NCBI RefSeq assembly: GCF_036321535.1
Contig: NC_087436.1
Location: 86,802,001 to 86,866,000 of the forward strand
Direction of reading: 5' to 3'
DNA length: 64,000 bases
DNA from: Camelus dromedarius
Taxonomy: Eukaryota
Shown here one piece after another: positions 51,441 to 64,000 of this stretch. The position numbers were made by a program, and so were the translations under genes. The notes under the pieces are model-generated. The model did no database searches, was not told where the DNA came from, and was given only the letters and a program-made list of their open reading frames with translations. Numbering within the stretch: the stretch's first letter is position 1; each line of letters begins with the position of its first letter.

Positions 51441-51996
51441 TTTTTTTTTTTTCCAGACCATTTTTAAAATTGAAGTATAGTTAATTTACAATGCTGTATT
51501 AGTTTCAGGTGTACAGCAGAATGATTCAGTTATACATGTATATCTGTTCTTTTTTAGAATCTTTTCCATTACAGGTTATTACAAGATATTGAATACAGTT
51601 TCCTGTGCTACACAATAGGTCTTTGCTGCTTATCCACTTTATGTATAGTGATGTATGTATGTTAATCCCAAACTCCTAATTTATCCCTCTCCCCGCCACC
51701 CCTTACCCTTGCCTTCCCCTTTGGTAACCACAAGTTTGTTTTCTACATCTATGAGTCTATTTCTGTTTTGTAAACAAGTTCATTTCATCACTTTTTTAGA
51801 TTTCACATATAAGTGATGTCATGTGATACTTGTCTTTCTCTGTCTGACTTCACTTAATATGATAATCTCTAGGTCCATCCGTGCTGCAAATGGCATTATT
51901 TTATTCTTATTTTATGACTGAGTAATATTCCATTCTATACATATACCACATCTTCTTTATCCATTCACCTGGTGATGGACATTTAGATTGTTTCCA
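51441..51996 (-). mobile_element. 5'-truncated L1 (3' UTR plus ORF2 tip)
   Basis: aattgaagtatagttaatttacaat...gatggacatttagattgtttcca. Confidence 0.92.
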
Positions 51997-52309
51997 AGGG
52001 CATATTTATTTTCTTAGAGACATTCTCCCTCCACAACAGTAGAACCAGTCAGAACTGGCTAAGTCTTTGGGACTTTTGTTATGTATGTGAAGCCTTGCAC
52101 TTGACCTCTGAATCATCAAAGATTGAATTATGGTTAGTAAGATGTTATTATTAACTGCTTTATTGTATCTAGTGCTATAAAATTTTGCATATGTGTCCAT
52201 TTATACAATCTTTTAATAACTCAATACCTGACCACATTTTATATAAAAATATTCTTCACATTTCTGGTAATTTCTTGGAATATATTAATACATGGACACA
52301 CAGAAGGTC

Positions 52310-52885
52310 CTCAGTTACTCATTTCAACAAATACTTACTGAGTGCCTACCGTGTGACTAATAGTAGTACCTATGGCACATGAAACTCATGTTCCATGTGG
52401 TAGGACTAGAGTAGTGAATCTTAAGAGTCCCTTCCCTGATAGAGCTTACTTTCTAGTTAAGGAAACAGACAGTAAACAAACTAACACATAAAGCATGTAT
52501 GATAATGAGCTTATAAACTGATCAGGTTGTCTTTGGCATCTGTTTCATTGATCGGTGCACTTACTGTACTGGCTCTTAACAATTGGAGTGTCACTATTGG
52601 TGATAAGTGCTATGGTGAAAAATGAATCTGGGTTATGGGGATAATAAGCAGTGGGGGTTACCATGAAGTGAAGGTTGGGCTTTTCTGAGGAAGTGACAAG
52701 TGGAGAGCTGAATGCAGAGGCCACCTAGTGAAAGAGTTTTCTAGGCAAAGGCAGCAGGAAGGGCCGAAACCCTGAAGCAGATTGGAAGCCACTGCTGGGG
52801 TGTGTGTCGGGTAGCAGGGGATGAGCTCAGACAAGTGTGGTGAGGAGGGTGGGGGGCAGATTTTGAGGCCTTGTAGGCTCTTGTA
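52310..52885 (-). mobile_element. L2 relic
   Basis: tcaacaaatacttactgagtgcctacc...ttctaggcaaaggcagcag. Confidence 0.7.
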
Positions 52886-53021
52886 GTGGTGGTGGTAGTA
52901 ACCATTATTATTATCATTTGGTGTTTTGATCTTAGCAGGTCTTAAAATAATGTTAAGCATTGAAAAAAAACCCCACATAGCATTATTAATTGGATGGATG
53001 AAAGAATTTTTAAGAACTCTC

Positions 53022-53115
53022 ATACGTATATATGTGTATACCTGAATCACTTTGCCCTACACCTGAAACTAGCATTTCAATCTACACTTAAATAAAAAAA
53101 TTTTTGAAAAAAAGA
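53022..53115 (+). mobile_element. Short L1 3' tip
   Basis: tatacctgaatcactttgccctacacctgaaacta followed by an A-rich tail. Confidence 0.8.
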
Positions 53116-54759
53116 GGAAAAAAATTTTCGAAGCAGAATTCCACTGATACTCTCACATGCTGCTTATTATTTGCTTATACATCTTAATTTTTAAATTTTC
53201 CTTTAGCTTGAATTGGCATGAAGTTTTTGTGTATGAACTCTTAAAAGTGACAGAGAGCTTTTTTTTTTTTTTTTTTTTTTATAGGACCTAACTGAAAGCG
53301 TGTAGACTGTGTAGGTCCCACTCACTCTGGTTTTAATATCAGCCTCCTGTTTGTAACAAGAGTCAGGTCCCTGAAGAGAAGTGAATTAAGTCAGAAGTGT
53401 TTTTTTCTTATTCTATTCCAAAGAAGGTTTTGGAGTTTTTGTTCTGGCACTGTGCATCTCCAAGAGGATTTTTTTTTCCTATACACCTGCAGCAATAAAA
53501 CATAAAAAGATAGTAATCTTGAGTTGTGTCTTTACTTATTATCTTTTTATGTTTATGCTAGAGACAATTATATCTGAAATCTTACATACAGTTGGGTTGT
53601 TTGTAGACAGTAAACTTTATAGAAAGGTAATGCTTTTTATACTAAGCCTACTAAATAATTCTAGTATAATCATTGTTAGACACTATTTATGTGTACCATA
53701 TGTGTTTACACATACTTCATTTATCATTATTACAGATGTGTTTCAATATTTTAACAGTTGGAACAGCCATACTGAATACATTCAGGCTGAATATTTTTCT
53801 TGGTCACTGACTACCTGCACCTAGTTATGTATTTATACATATTTTTAAATCAACTATATTTGCTATCAAGATAGAAAAAGTAGAATGTGCTGGTTAAAAA
53901 AATTATTGATGTAATGACTGCAAATGAGTTAAGGTTCACTTGTAAAGCAGAATTTGAATGGTTCAATTGGTTTCCGTTTAAAACCTGCCATGATTTCAAA
54001 AGAACAAATGATCCCATGTAGCAATTGTATAAAAATAACTACTCTAAAACTCTGTGTCTAATCTGAACAATTTACTTTGTATCTTAATGAATATTAGTAA
54101 TTTGTCCATAATTCCTTATCTCTTTCCCTTCCATCCCAACACACACACACTCACACATATACACACACTCACTATCTCCTTAATGTTATTGTGCTGTTCT
54201 CTGTTCATGTGCAAATAGCCCTTGCTTTCTTTTGACTTGGATGCTTTTTCCAAGCTGTCCTGGGCTGTGCTGTTGGCTTGGGAAGTGAGACGGGCAGATT
54301 CTTACTGACAGGCTAATCGCTTTCATCATGGTTGTGTCAACTTGGGTGCACTGAATACAGCAAGCTAGATCTACTTCCTACATTTTGTATTGTTTTGACT
54401 CTTTCAAGTCCTGGTCCTTTTAAAGCTATGATACATAGTTAACTTTACCAACTTTGGGGAAGGAAAGGAACGTTTGGTTTTGAGGGGAGGAGAATGTTTT
54501 CCCAACAGTGAATTTTATTAAGTGCTGGAATTTTTTTCCCCCAGCAGAAGGAACAAAGGTACCATGCCTATAATTTAAAATTCAGCTGGAGGAAATTTAG
54601 CTTGGGTGGATACCACCCATTCAATATTATAAGACAGCCAAAGAAGAGAAGGAAAAGTGAAGGTGAAATAGTCAAATAGAAAGTAGAAAATAGCCTCGTT
54701 AAGCCTAAAATTCAAACTCCTTAGTTGGCAGTTTTGACCTTTCAGTTTGTAGTTTAAAC

Positions 54760-55263
54760 CAGTGGATCTCAAGCTTTTTGGTTTTAGGACTCCTTTATTT
54801 TTTTGAACACTATTATGGATCCCAAAGAGCTTTTGTTTATATGGGTTGTATCTATTGATATCAACCATTTTACAAATTAAAACTAGGAAATTTTTAAAAA
54901 ACATTATTTCATTAAAAATAATAATAGTAGATTACATGTTAATATAAATAATAGATTTTTCAGGAAAAGTAACTTTTTCAAAATAGAAACATTTAGTGAG
55001 AAGAGAGCAGTGTTTTACATTTTGCAAATCTCTTTAAAATGGATTAATAGCAGACAGCTGGATTCTCCTGCCTGCTTCTGCATTCGCTCTGTTGTCATGT
55101 CACATGTTATATCGCTTCTGGAGAACTTCACTGTATGCTCCTAAGAGAATGAGAGTGCAAAAAAGGCAAATAATGTCTTAGTATTATTGTGAAAGTAATT
55201 TTGACCTTGTGGGTCCCTGAAAATGTTCCCCAGGGTCCCCTAACCACAGTTTGAGAACTATTG
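54760..55263. mobile_element. Complete non-autonomous hAT element (Charlie1b-like, 504 bp)
   Basis: TIRs cagtggatctcaa / ttgagaactattg. 8-bp TSD gtttaaac (54752-54759) / gtctaaac (55264-55271). Confidence 0.9.
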
Positions 55264-58129
55264 GTCTAAACAAATCTTTCCAGTCCCACTCTTGTGTCAC
55301 CTCTCCTTGTAGCCTCTTAGTATCAATGCTTCAACCCCTTCTTCTCCCCACTCCCACCCACCTGCCCTCCTGTCTGCCCACAGTTTGGAGACCAGAATCT
55401 TAAGCATTAGGGTCAAGTAGAGTCTACCCCGTGCAGATGTCTATCATGGAAGGGTTCGCCTCGAGATGTGAAAATAACAAAAGAGTTAACTGAAGATGAG
55501 TGAACCCACTTTCTGAACTTAAAACTATAGTTCAAGTCTTATCCATGGTAATCAGGGCCAGAAGATGACTAGTTATTTTAAAACTCAGTTCAAAAGAAAC
55601 ATAAAAAAGATGCATACACACATCAGCATTTAAAAACTTATATAAAGTATATCCATTCATTCACCAATCTTTTGATGGAGTGCCAGGTCTTTTCTTTGAG
55701 TAAGGATTTGCTGATTGGAGTTCCCCTGTCCTCTTTTTTGCATAAACTACACTTAAAATTCATCATCCACTATTTCCAGTTTGGGATTTTTAAAAAATGG
55801 AGTAAGATCATAAAGTCACCTGCAAAACAACCCAAGGGCTCTGCAAACACGAGTCTGTCACTTCTCTATAGTGCAGTTTCTCAAGGACAGAAGCTGTGTC
55901 TTGTCATCTTTTTCCTAGTCTTAACACAGTGTCTGACAATCATAGATATTCCCCAAAAGCTTATTGGTTAAGTACATAGTAAGGGTATACATCCATGAAT
56001 GAATGAAGCATAGGCTAGATAATGAAATTATGTTCAGTGTAAATTATTTCTGACCCCACAATTAGCAATATAGGGAGGAACAGTTAAGTGGACAATCTTA
56101 TACTCAGAAGAATGGACCATTAGTTTTGTGCCTCCATTGGATCTTTAAAGAGAGCCACCACATTTAACCCCTCAGCTTCCAGTTTTCAAAGGGTATGTGG
56201 GCACAGCTATTAACCCAAGTCTGACTGTTGTTCAAAGGAGCAGACTTGCTGGCTGCTACGCCCTCATCTAGAGTATCTTCTCATCTACTTTGATCAAGGA
56301 CATGGTGGGATGCCTTAAGCACTAAGCTTTTGGATTGTGGATATTATGTTAGCATTATTTAGACTTTGACCTTGGAGAGTGAGAGCAGGAAGGCACTATA
56401 TTTTGGTGTGTGTATCCCCTGTTGTCATGCCACCTCCATAGGATGATCAGCTGGCCCCAGTGTGCCTGGGACTTTCCCTGTTTCAGCACTAAACATACTA
56501 AGTCTTGAGATTTTCCTCAGACCCAGGAAAACTGAGAGAGTTGGTCACTCTAAGCTCCACCCTGAATCTGTTCACAGGAGCAGTGAATTCAAATTAGTAT
56601 TTGTTAGGAATTCAAATATTGGATCCATTACCATGACCAATTTGTATTGGCCTCCATGGAACATATTCTAATAACTTCTTTCTAAGAGTTGGTTAGTTAC
56701 CTAAGGCAGGTGGATTTTCAAAGGGCCAAGCTTCTTGGGGTTAATCTAGTCCCCTGGAATTTTTTTTTTTTTGGCCAAAAATCATAGAAACATTGCGCAG
56801 TCAATTCATCATTTAATTCAAGATACAATTTTGATAAGACATTTAATTTATAAGATTTTTCCAATTCTTCCTGTGATTCATTCTGAAAATATGTACTTTT
56901 CCCTTTCTTTGGAATTGCGTCAGGTAGACATAACTTTGATTGGGAGGAGAGGCTGCTACCATCACCCTGACAGCCATGGTGCAGCATGGAACACGTGGTT
57001 GGGGGTCAGAAGACTGGGTTTGCACACCAGCTCTGCCGCAAACCCAGGCTTGGGGACCTTGGATAGGTGGCCTAGCTTCGCTGAGTCATGCTTTCCTTTT
57101 CTATAAAATGGGAGCACTGTCACAGATGGTTCTGATTATTAAGAGAAGTAACTTGCGGACAAAGTATATGACATACCCTGAATTGTTTAATAAATGTCTG
57201 TAGAGCCATTGTTGGTATATCCATAGTACTCAGTTGTTACTTCACTGATAAACCAGTTTATTGTTTCTAATGTTAGGTTTTAATTTTAGAATATAATATA
57301 TGTAAAAAGTGATTATTTCCTGATAGAATTACCTAACCCCTTCTATTAATTGACATTTCAGACTACTCAGCCACATTTCTGTTGGTCCATGATCCGGGTA
57401 CTCCTGTTAATTAAGTTTGTCCTTCTCTGGACATTAGGGATTATTGGTTTTGTTAACACAGCAATTTGAAAAATGTGAAATATGAACATTCCTTTTTTTT
57501 CTTAATCCTTCCCACCTCCCTTCATACTTTTCTTTTTCTTTTTTAGCAAAAATGTATTAAGTTCCAAGGTTTGCCAGGTTTGGAGTGAGGCACTAGGCAT
57601 ATATGGGTTAACATTGACTCCTGCCTTTTTGGAACTCCCAAACATTTATGTCCTTTATTTTATTTATTAGAAGTTTCCTGGGTATTTCCTGCTAGTTTCA
57701 AAAACTTTAAGGATTGCAAAGAGAGCAGATTAAGAACCAATGAATTAAAGTTGTTCAAAGACAAATGATGTGGAAAGAGAAAGACTTAGAATCCTAGAAC
57801 ATGGATTCATGTTCTTTCCACCACTTTCTAGCTGTATGATTCTGGACAAGTTACTTTAACTTCCTCGAGGCTATTTTTTTAATTTTGGGGAAAGGAAGTA
57901 TTTGCATCTATCTTAAACAGTGGAGCAAAAATAAGATAATGTATACAGTAGTACTTTGTTTATAAATAACACTATCACATATTTACCATGCACTAGGACT
58001 GTTCTTTGATTTCTGAAACCATTTCCTCATTGACCTTCCCCTCTTATTCACGAGCAGTTCTAGTTAACATTTCTTTGTTAATTTAATTTTTGGCAAAGTA
58101 ACACGTGTATAATTTTAAAAAATCGAATA

Positions 58130-59115
58130 CAGACAGTCATCACTTTGAACAGTGGTGTGTGTTGATAAAAATGACTGTAAAAAGTGATTGAAGCTGTGAA
58201 CAACTTTAATCATCAATGGGAAAAGTTATAATTGTCCCATGACCTTTAAAGGTTTTTTTGTCAGAACGTTAAAAACTCATCTACTTTTGCTCATGTAAAG
58301 GGAAATTAATGTTTATTTACTGCATTGTAATTTCAAACACTAGAAACATGGAGAATTGAAGTGGGGTTTTTGATTTTTTTGTTTTTGCTAAAAAATTTAT
58401 CAAGAAGAGTTGGAATATGGCTTGCCTTCTTGTGTAACATACAGTAGGGAGCAAGCATGTTTTCTATGCCTTCCTGAACTGTAATGCTCTTTTCTAAGTT
58501 TGGATCAACTTCCAACACTTTATCCTTTGCACTTGCAATGTTGTGAATATCCCTGAGAGTTCCTTGAAACATGAAATTTTTTGCCTGTGTCACTTCCACT
58601 GGAACATCTTCATCTTCCTCATCACAACCACTTTCCTCATGTATGTGGATAAGTTCACCTTCACTCATGTCTTCTGGCTGCATATGTGGAATTTCTTGAA
58701 TGGCAGGAGTGTCAGCATTCTCACAGTCAGCTCCTTCTGTAATTACGCTAGTGTTCTGTTTGAATTTCACATCTAGTGTTGTCACTTTTTATTTGCCGCA
58801 CTTTCATCTTTTTAAGCTAATTTCCACTTTGAGTTATCCATTCTGTTAAAATGTCATGGGAGTTCATCACTGGGAGACAGAGAGTCAACATAAGCACACA
58901 CTTTGCTGTCTGTGTGTGAACCGAATAACAGACATGCAGTAGCCAATCACCGACAGACTCTGAAAGAAGTGATGTGACTGGTCACCAATTGTGATGCACA
59001 TCTGTTATTTCTGCAGTATTTTTGGACTGAAGAACTAACAGTGCAGTCTGTACTTTATATGGTTAGTCACAGTTAATATACTGAAATTTGAGTTGTGTTT
59101 TGGGGAACTGGTGTT
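58130..59115 (-). mobile_element. Tigger-family (TcMar/pogo) internally deleted DNA transposon
   Basis: The ta|cagacagtc end fits a TA TSD. ORF 58333..58785(-) has the acidic C-terminal stretch (MQPEDMSEGELI...DEEDEDVP...DPNLEKSITVQEGIENMLAPY) typical of Tigger transposases. Confidence 0.8.
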
Positions 59116-59329
59116 GTTAATTAATGTTAATAATGCTTAGGCAAATAATGTGCACAGCTGATTGTAATGTACTATGATTATGTTTACCTTTTTACTTTTT
59201 GTTTTTCTGGAGTTAATAAATAACTTTTGTTTATTGTTTGATTTGTACCAATTACTAATTTTTTGCACATGTTTCAATAGCCTTCTTTTTTTTTTTTTTT
59301 TTTTGGTCCTACAATTGTCCATAAGATTA

Positions 59330-60171
59330 ATTGCATCAGAGTCAGGATTTCAAGTGATTCTGTTTTTGTTTATTTGTTTTTTGTTATAAACCTCCATTCT
59401 GTTTCTGAAGGGGTATGCCCAGTTCTCATCCTGGATATTATCATTCTTTGCTGTCATCCTTTTATGTTCATTTGCTTTTTTTTTTTTTTTCCTAAAGTGG
59501 AGTCACTTTCTTGGATCTCTTCCTTCTTTACCTTTCTTGGTTTACTCCCTTGATTTGGTGGAGCACAACCTCCCAGTATTTTTGTCAGGTAAAGGGCATG
59601 ATGATGACAGCCTTCAACATGCCTGACTCCTGAGTCATTCTGATCCAGCCTGACTGCTTGTCTTATATGCCTAAGATCATAGTTGTGTTTCTGAGTTTTT
59701 TCTTCACCATCAACAGGTCCCCTGGGTTGAGTCTTCTGTTTGTCTCTACTCCATGCCTTCCTCTCTTTTGACTTTTCTCCCCTGTTTTTGTAGAGGACAT
59801 GTCTAGTAATTTCCTGAGAGACAGGACATAGGGGATATAACTTTTGAGACCTTGAAGAGCTGAAAATGCCTGTATGCTACCCTCCTATTATATTGATAAT
59901 TTGACTGAGTATAGAATTCAACTTAGGTATAGTTTTCTTTTGGAATTTTGAAGACATTGCTTTATTGTTTTCTTGATTCTACTATTGCTTGTGAGGTGTC
60001 TGAACTGTTCTGATTTCTAACCCTTTGTAACATTTTTTCCCCTCTATGGTAGCTTATAGGATCTTATCTTTATTACCAGTATTCTCAAATTTCACAATTA
60101 TGTGCCATGTCACGGATCTATTTTGCTGGATACTCTTTAGGTATAGAATTGTATATCCCTCAGCTCAGGGA

Positions 60172-60215
<44 letters not shown>

Positions 60216-60800
60216 GGTAATTCCCTTTCTGGAATTCTTATTGTTTGGATGTAGGCCCTCCGTAATTGGTCTTCTAATTTTTGAATCTTTTTTTTTCTTC
60301 CTGTTTTCTATTTCTTTTGTTTGTTTCCATTTTTGCTCTTTCTGGGAGATATCCTCAATTTTATCTTCCAAGCTTTTTATTGAGTTTTTAATTTTTGCCA
60401 TCATATTTTTAATTTCAAGAGTTCTTTGTGAGCGTGTTTGTATGTGTGCATGTGTGTACTCTGTATATTATAATTATTTTTTTAAGTATCATTTTGTTCC
60501 TGTTTAGTGGGTACAATATCTTCTCCTTGCAAGGCTTTTCCATGTTGCCTTTTTTCTCCTAAGTTGTTCCCTCCATCTTCTACATTAGCTTTTCTCCGAT
60601 GTTGGATAATTCCTGGTAGTAAGGACTAAGACTAGATATCTAAAAAGCTGATTGGACATGCTGAACCTATGGTAGGCTTACAAATTTGAGGTTTACTATA
60701 GGCAATCAGGTGAATTGTTTATTAGTAAACCGTCACAATCAGTATTAGGTCTTTTCCCTTGAGCTAGAAGTATTCCCTGAAATGGTACCCTTCCAGTTTC
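59330..60800 (-). mobile_element. HAL1/old L1 ORF1-type relic
   Basis: ORF 60165..60404(-) MMAKIKNSIKSLEDKIEDISQKEQK resembles the ORF1p coiled coil. Confidence 0.65.
60174..60212. repeat. (TG)n microsatellite, about 19 units
   Basis: Uninterrupted TG run, seen directly. Confidence 0.97.
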
Positions 60801-60860
60801 TCACATGGATTGGAAAAGGTCTGGATATATCTTCTGAGAGCCACATAGAAGAAAGGGTGG

Positions 60861-61212
60861 TGTCTTAGTCCATTCAGATTGCCTTAGCAAAACACCACAG
60901 GTTGGGTGGCTTAGAAACAATACAAATTTATTTTTCACGGTTTTGGAGGCTGAGAAGCCTAAGATCAGAGTGCCAGCATGGCTAACTTCTGGTGAGGGCT
61001 ATCTTCCTGACTCATAAGCAGCATCTTCTCGCTGTGTCCTCACATGGTGGAAGGGACTAGGGACCTCTTTGCAGCACTAATCCCACTCATGAGGGCTACA
61101 CCCTCATGACTTAAGCACCTCCCAGAGGTCCCACCTCCTAATACCATCATCTTTGGAGGTTAGGATGTCAGTATATGAATTTTGGGGGGACACAAGCATT
61201 TGGACCATAGCA
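60861..61212 (-). mobile_element. MLT1A-like solo LTR with perfect 5-bp TSD
   Basis: tg...ca ends; ggtgg at 60856-60860 and 61213-61217. Confidence 0.9.
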
Positions 61213-62741
61213 GGTGGGTAGTGTCAGCATCCAGCTATTGGTGTATAATCAATTAATTCCCAAGTCTTTGCCATCCAACCCCTAGACCAAAACCCTCTGT
61301 TTTACTCTCTCCAGAGAGTAAACCTGCTGCCTGCTGCCAGGGTAAGGGATAGGCAGTTGCCAAGTGATGTGGAGTGTTGGAGGGGACTTAGGGACCCAAC
61401 TACTTCTTGAACACTTTCATCCCCCTCATTATTAATGTACTCCAGTTCCCTCCCAGCTCCGGAGGAGACCTTGCTGCTGTTTGCAGAGCCTTTGTGGATG
61501 CTGTAGTATAAATGAATTTGCTTCTCAGCTTCTCTGCCAGTTAGGGTCTAGCTTTCTTGGTTCTCCTAAGTCCATTAACACTTGAGCATTGACTTCAATC
61601 GTCCAAAATTTTGTTGCTGTTATTTCCTCTCTAGTTTTCTTTGTATTTGTGGGTTTATTTATTAAAAACAAAACCTTTTTTTTTTTGGTTATTCTTTCTT
61701 GGGTAATTTTAATAGGGTTCTGGAGGCAGCATATTTAGATACATATGTTTAATATGCCATCTTAACCCTAAATTACTTTGATCTTTCTAAAAGTTGTAAT
61801 CTTACTTACAAATCGTCAGCTACACTCCTTGATCTCACTAGACTTAAATGCAAACTAAAGGTAATATTTGACTATACTTTCTCTTTTAAAGGTCTGTGCT
61901 TCTGTTGTTTATAAATGACAACAGCAGCTATATTTTCAAGCAAATACTCACACTCTATTAAAATTTAAAGCTTTCAATTTTGAGACTAGATTTATATATC
62001 TCTGATGAATTATCAGAGAAAATTTAAATGTATACAGAGATGAATAACTGAGGTGAATTCATTGAGAGAGTATGTGTGTGTGTGTTTGTTTTGAGACTGA
62101 GTCTATTAGAAGATATGCAGATCACTATAGATTAAACTTACGCCCTTAAAACAGAATATACTTTTATCTACATTTATCATTCAGTAGTAAATACACAGTC
62201 AGGATTTGATGTGAACACATTTTGCTGCCTCCAAAGACTCTCTATTTCATGGAGTGAAACTTCTTTCAGTTATTAGCAGAGTGCTTATCCTATCTCCTGA
62301 TTTTCCAAACTGGGGACCTCAATCTTCTTTCCAGAAACAAATTATTGTTTTCACCTTAAGTGGAGGAAAGAAACTGTTATTTGTCACAGAGGCTGTGCTT
62401 ACGTTTGCTTTCAAATCTGACTATATCAGGATACTGTAGTAACTTTTTCATTTGTAATACACTTTAGTAGTTCAAAGTTTTCAGAGATTCACATTCATAA
62501 TACTTCTTACATCCTATGGTGAGTTTTTTGTTGAAGGTGAGTTTGTAGGTAGAAGAGTGGGAAGAGAATCAGAAATTGCTAGGTAAAAATTTAGATGAAC
62601 CTCTATTACAATGACTCTAGGGTTGACTCAGTTTTGTGTATCCTAGTTTAAAGGGTTCAAGTGAAGAACAGTCACCTGCCCACAGAAAGAAATTGTTACA
62701 TGACTACAAGCTTTACTCCTGATTTTAGCCAACAATCTTGG

Positions 62742-63086
62742 TGCAATGGACTGAATTGTGTCCCTCCTCAAAATTCATATGTTGAAGCCCCCTAACCCCC
62801 AGTGTGAGGATATTTGGAGATGGGGCCTTTGCAAGATAATTAGGTTTAGATGAGGTCGTGAGGGTGGGGCCCTCAGGATGGAATTAGTGCCCTTATAGGA
62901 AGAGACATCAGAGAGTTTGCTCTCCTTCTCTCTGCCACGTGAAGACACAGTGATAAGGCTGTGTCTGCAAGCCAGAAAGAGGGGCTTCACCAAAACCCAA
63001 CCATGCTGGCCCTCTGATCTTTTAGACTTCCATCCTTCACTAAGCTATCCAGTCTATGGTATTTTGTATGGCAACCTAAGCTGCCA
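62742..63086 (+). mobile_element. MLT1A-like solo LTR
   Basis: tggactgaattgtgtccctcctcaaaattcatatgttgaagccc...tatggtattttgtatggcaacctaagc. Confidence 0.85.
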
Positions 63087-63127
63087 TTGGTCATATGGGA
63101 GACAGCCTGGTTTCAACCCACTCATAC

Positions 63128-63906
63128 TGTGGAAATATAACTGAGGATATTTTCTCACACCAACTAATTCTCCAATTCTCCACGCACCAATCAGGTGTCA
63201 ATAACTCAGTTCAGTTCTGACACTATCTCCCTGGAATTAGCATCAGATCCCTCAAGTTAAAGGGGCTCAGTGCAACAAGACTCCTCCCACCTACTTTGGA
63301 TGCCAGTTTTAAGTTCTGGGCCAGTCATACCTCTGACCGACTAGCTATAAATCAGAGATTCTCACAATCCCCTTCTCAGTATCAGTAACTTGCAAAAATG
63401 GCTTAGAGAACTGAGAAAAACACTATATTTGCAGTTATACCAGGAAACAACTCAGGAACAGCCAAGTGGGAGAGATGAATAGGGCAGAGTATGAGGGATG
63501 GAAGGGATATGGCACTTCCATGCCTTCTTTAGTGCACCACCCTCCCAGAAGGTTAATTAATGTGTTCACTAATCCAAAAGCCCATCCAACATCTTTGTTC
63601 TAGAGTTTTTGTGGACCTCAATCTCTAGCCCCCTCCCTGTGGGACTGTGGGTGGGGCAGAAAATTCTAACCTGTAATTATTTGGTCTTTCCAGTGACCAG
63701 TCCCATCCTGAGGCTATCTAGGGACCCTGTCCTAAGTCACCTCATTAGTATAAACTCAGGTGTGATCATCAAAAGAGGCTTGTTATGAATAACAAAAGAT
63801 ACTCTTGTCACTCAGGAAGTTGCAAGGATTTTAGGACCTCTGTGCCAGGAACCTGAGACAAAGACCAGATACCTATCTATCTATCTATCTATCTATCTAT
63901 CTCACA
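63128..63906. mobile_element. MER21-like solo LTR ending in a (CTAT)7 microsatellite (63873-63902)
   Basis: Colinear similarity with 36122-37027. Confidence 0.85.
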
Positions 63907-64000
63907 TTATGGGCATCATTTAATTTATTTTTTAAGATACTAAGTATTGCTTTATTTATTATTATTGAGGTTTATAGTTGATGTACAGTACAGGTTCAGG

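Noticed and set aside
14540..55263. Shared sequence at 14.6-14.8 kb and 54.9-55.1 kb as a segmental duplication
   Set aside because: Both are Charlie1-family copies, and the second has its own TIRs and TSD.
36122..63906. Two MER21-like LTRs as the ends of one provirus
   Set aside because: They are 26 kb apart and highly diverged from each other, and I see no gag, pol or env between them. They are independent solo LTRs.
1..64000. The many 60-190 aa ORFs in the track as novel genes
   Set aside because: They are L1, CR1 or Tigger remnants, antisense shadows of L1, or low-complexity chance frames, many with non-ATG starts. Only the two SCFD2 exons have splice signals plus a recognisable protein.
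1..64000. CRISPR array, operon, prophage, rRNA or other microbial system
   Set aside because: There are no regularly spaced repeats and no gene-dense tract. The content is mammalian intron throughout.

Overview
This is mammalian genomic DNA, most likely camelid. The species call rests on short tRNA-derived SINEs resembling vic-1, artiodactyl-type L1 3' UTRs, and no Alu, Bov or PRE SINEs seen. The whole window lies inside one + strand gene that I recognise as SCFD2 (Sec1 family domain-containing 2). Only two internal coding exons are present (8511-8638 and 33331-33506), and they splice in frame. The rest is intron filled with interspersed repeats: one full-length but dead sense-oriented L1 (about 24348-31080), many 5'-truncated L1 3' ends, MIR, L2, CR1 and HAL1 relics, MaLR/ERVL solo LTRs, and hAT and Tigger DNA transposon derivatives. 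Nearly all ORFs in the supplied track are chance ORFs or repeat remnants. I see no prokaryote-type system (CRISPR, operon etc.). The most unusual object is a 1.5-kb mosaic insertion at 1482-2985, flanked by a target-site duplication (TSD). It is built from several unrelated templates, one of which copies about 79 bp found 31 kb downstream in the same gene. Repeat subfamily names are from recall, and repeat boundaries are approximate unless a TSD is quoted.
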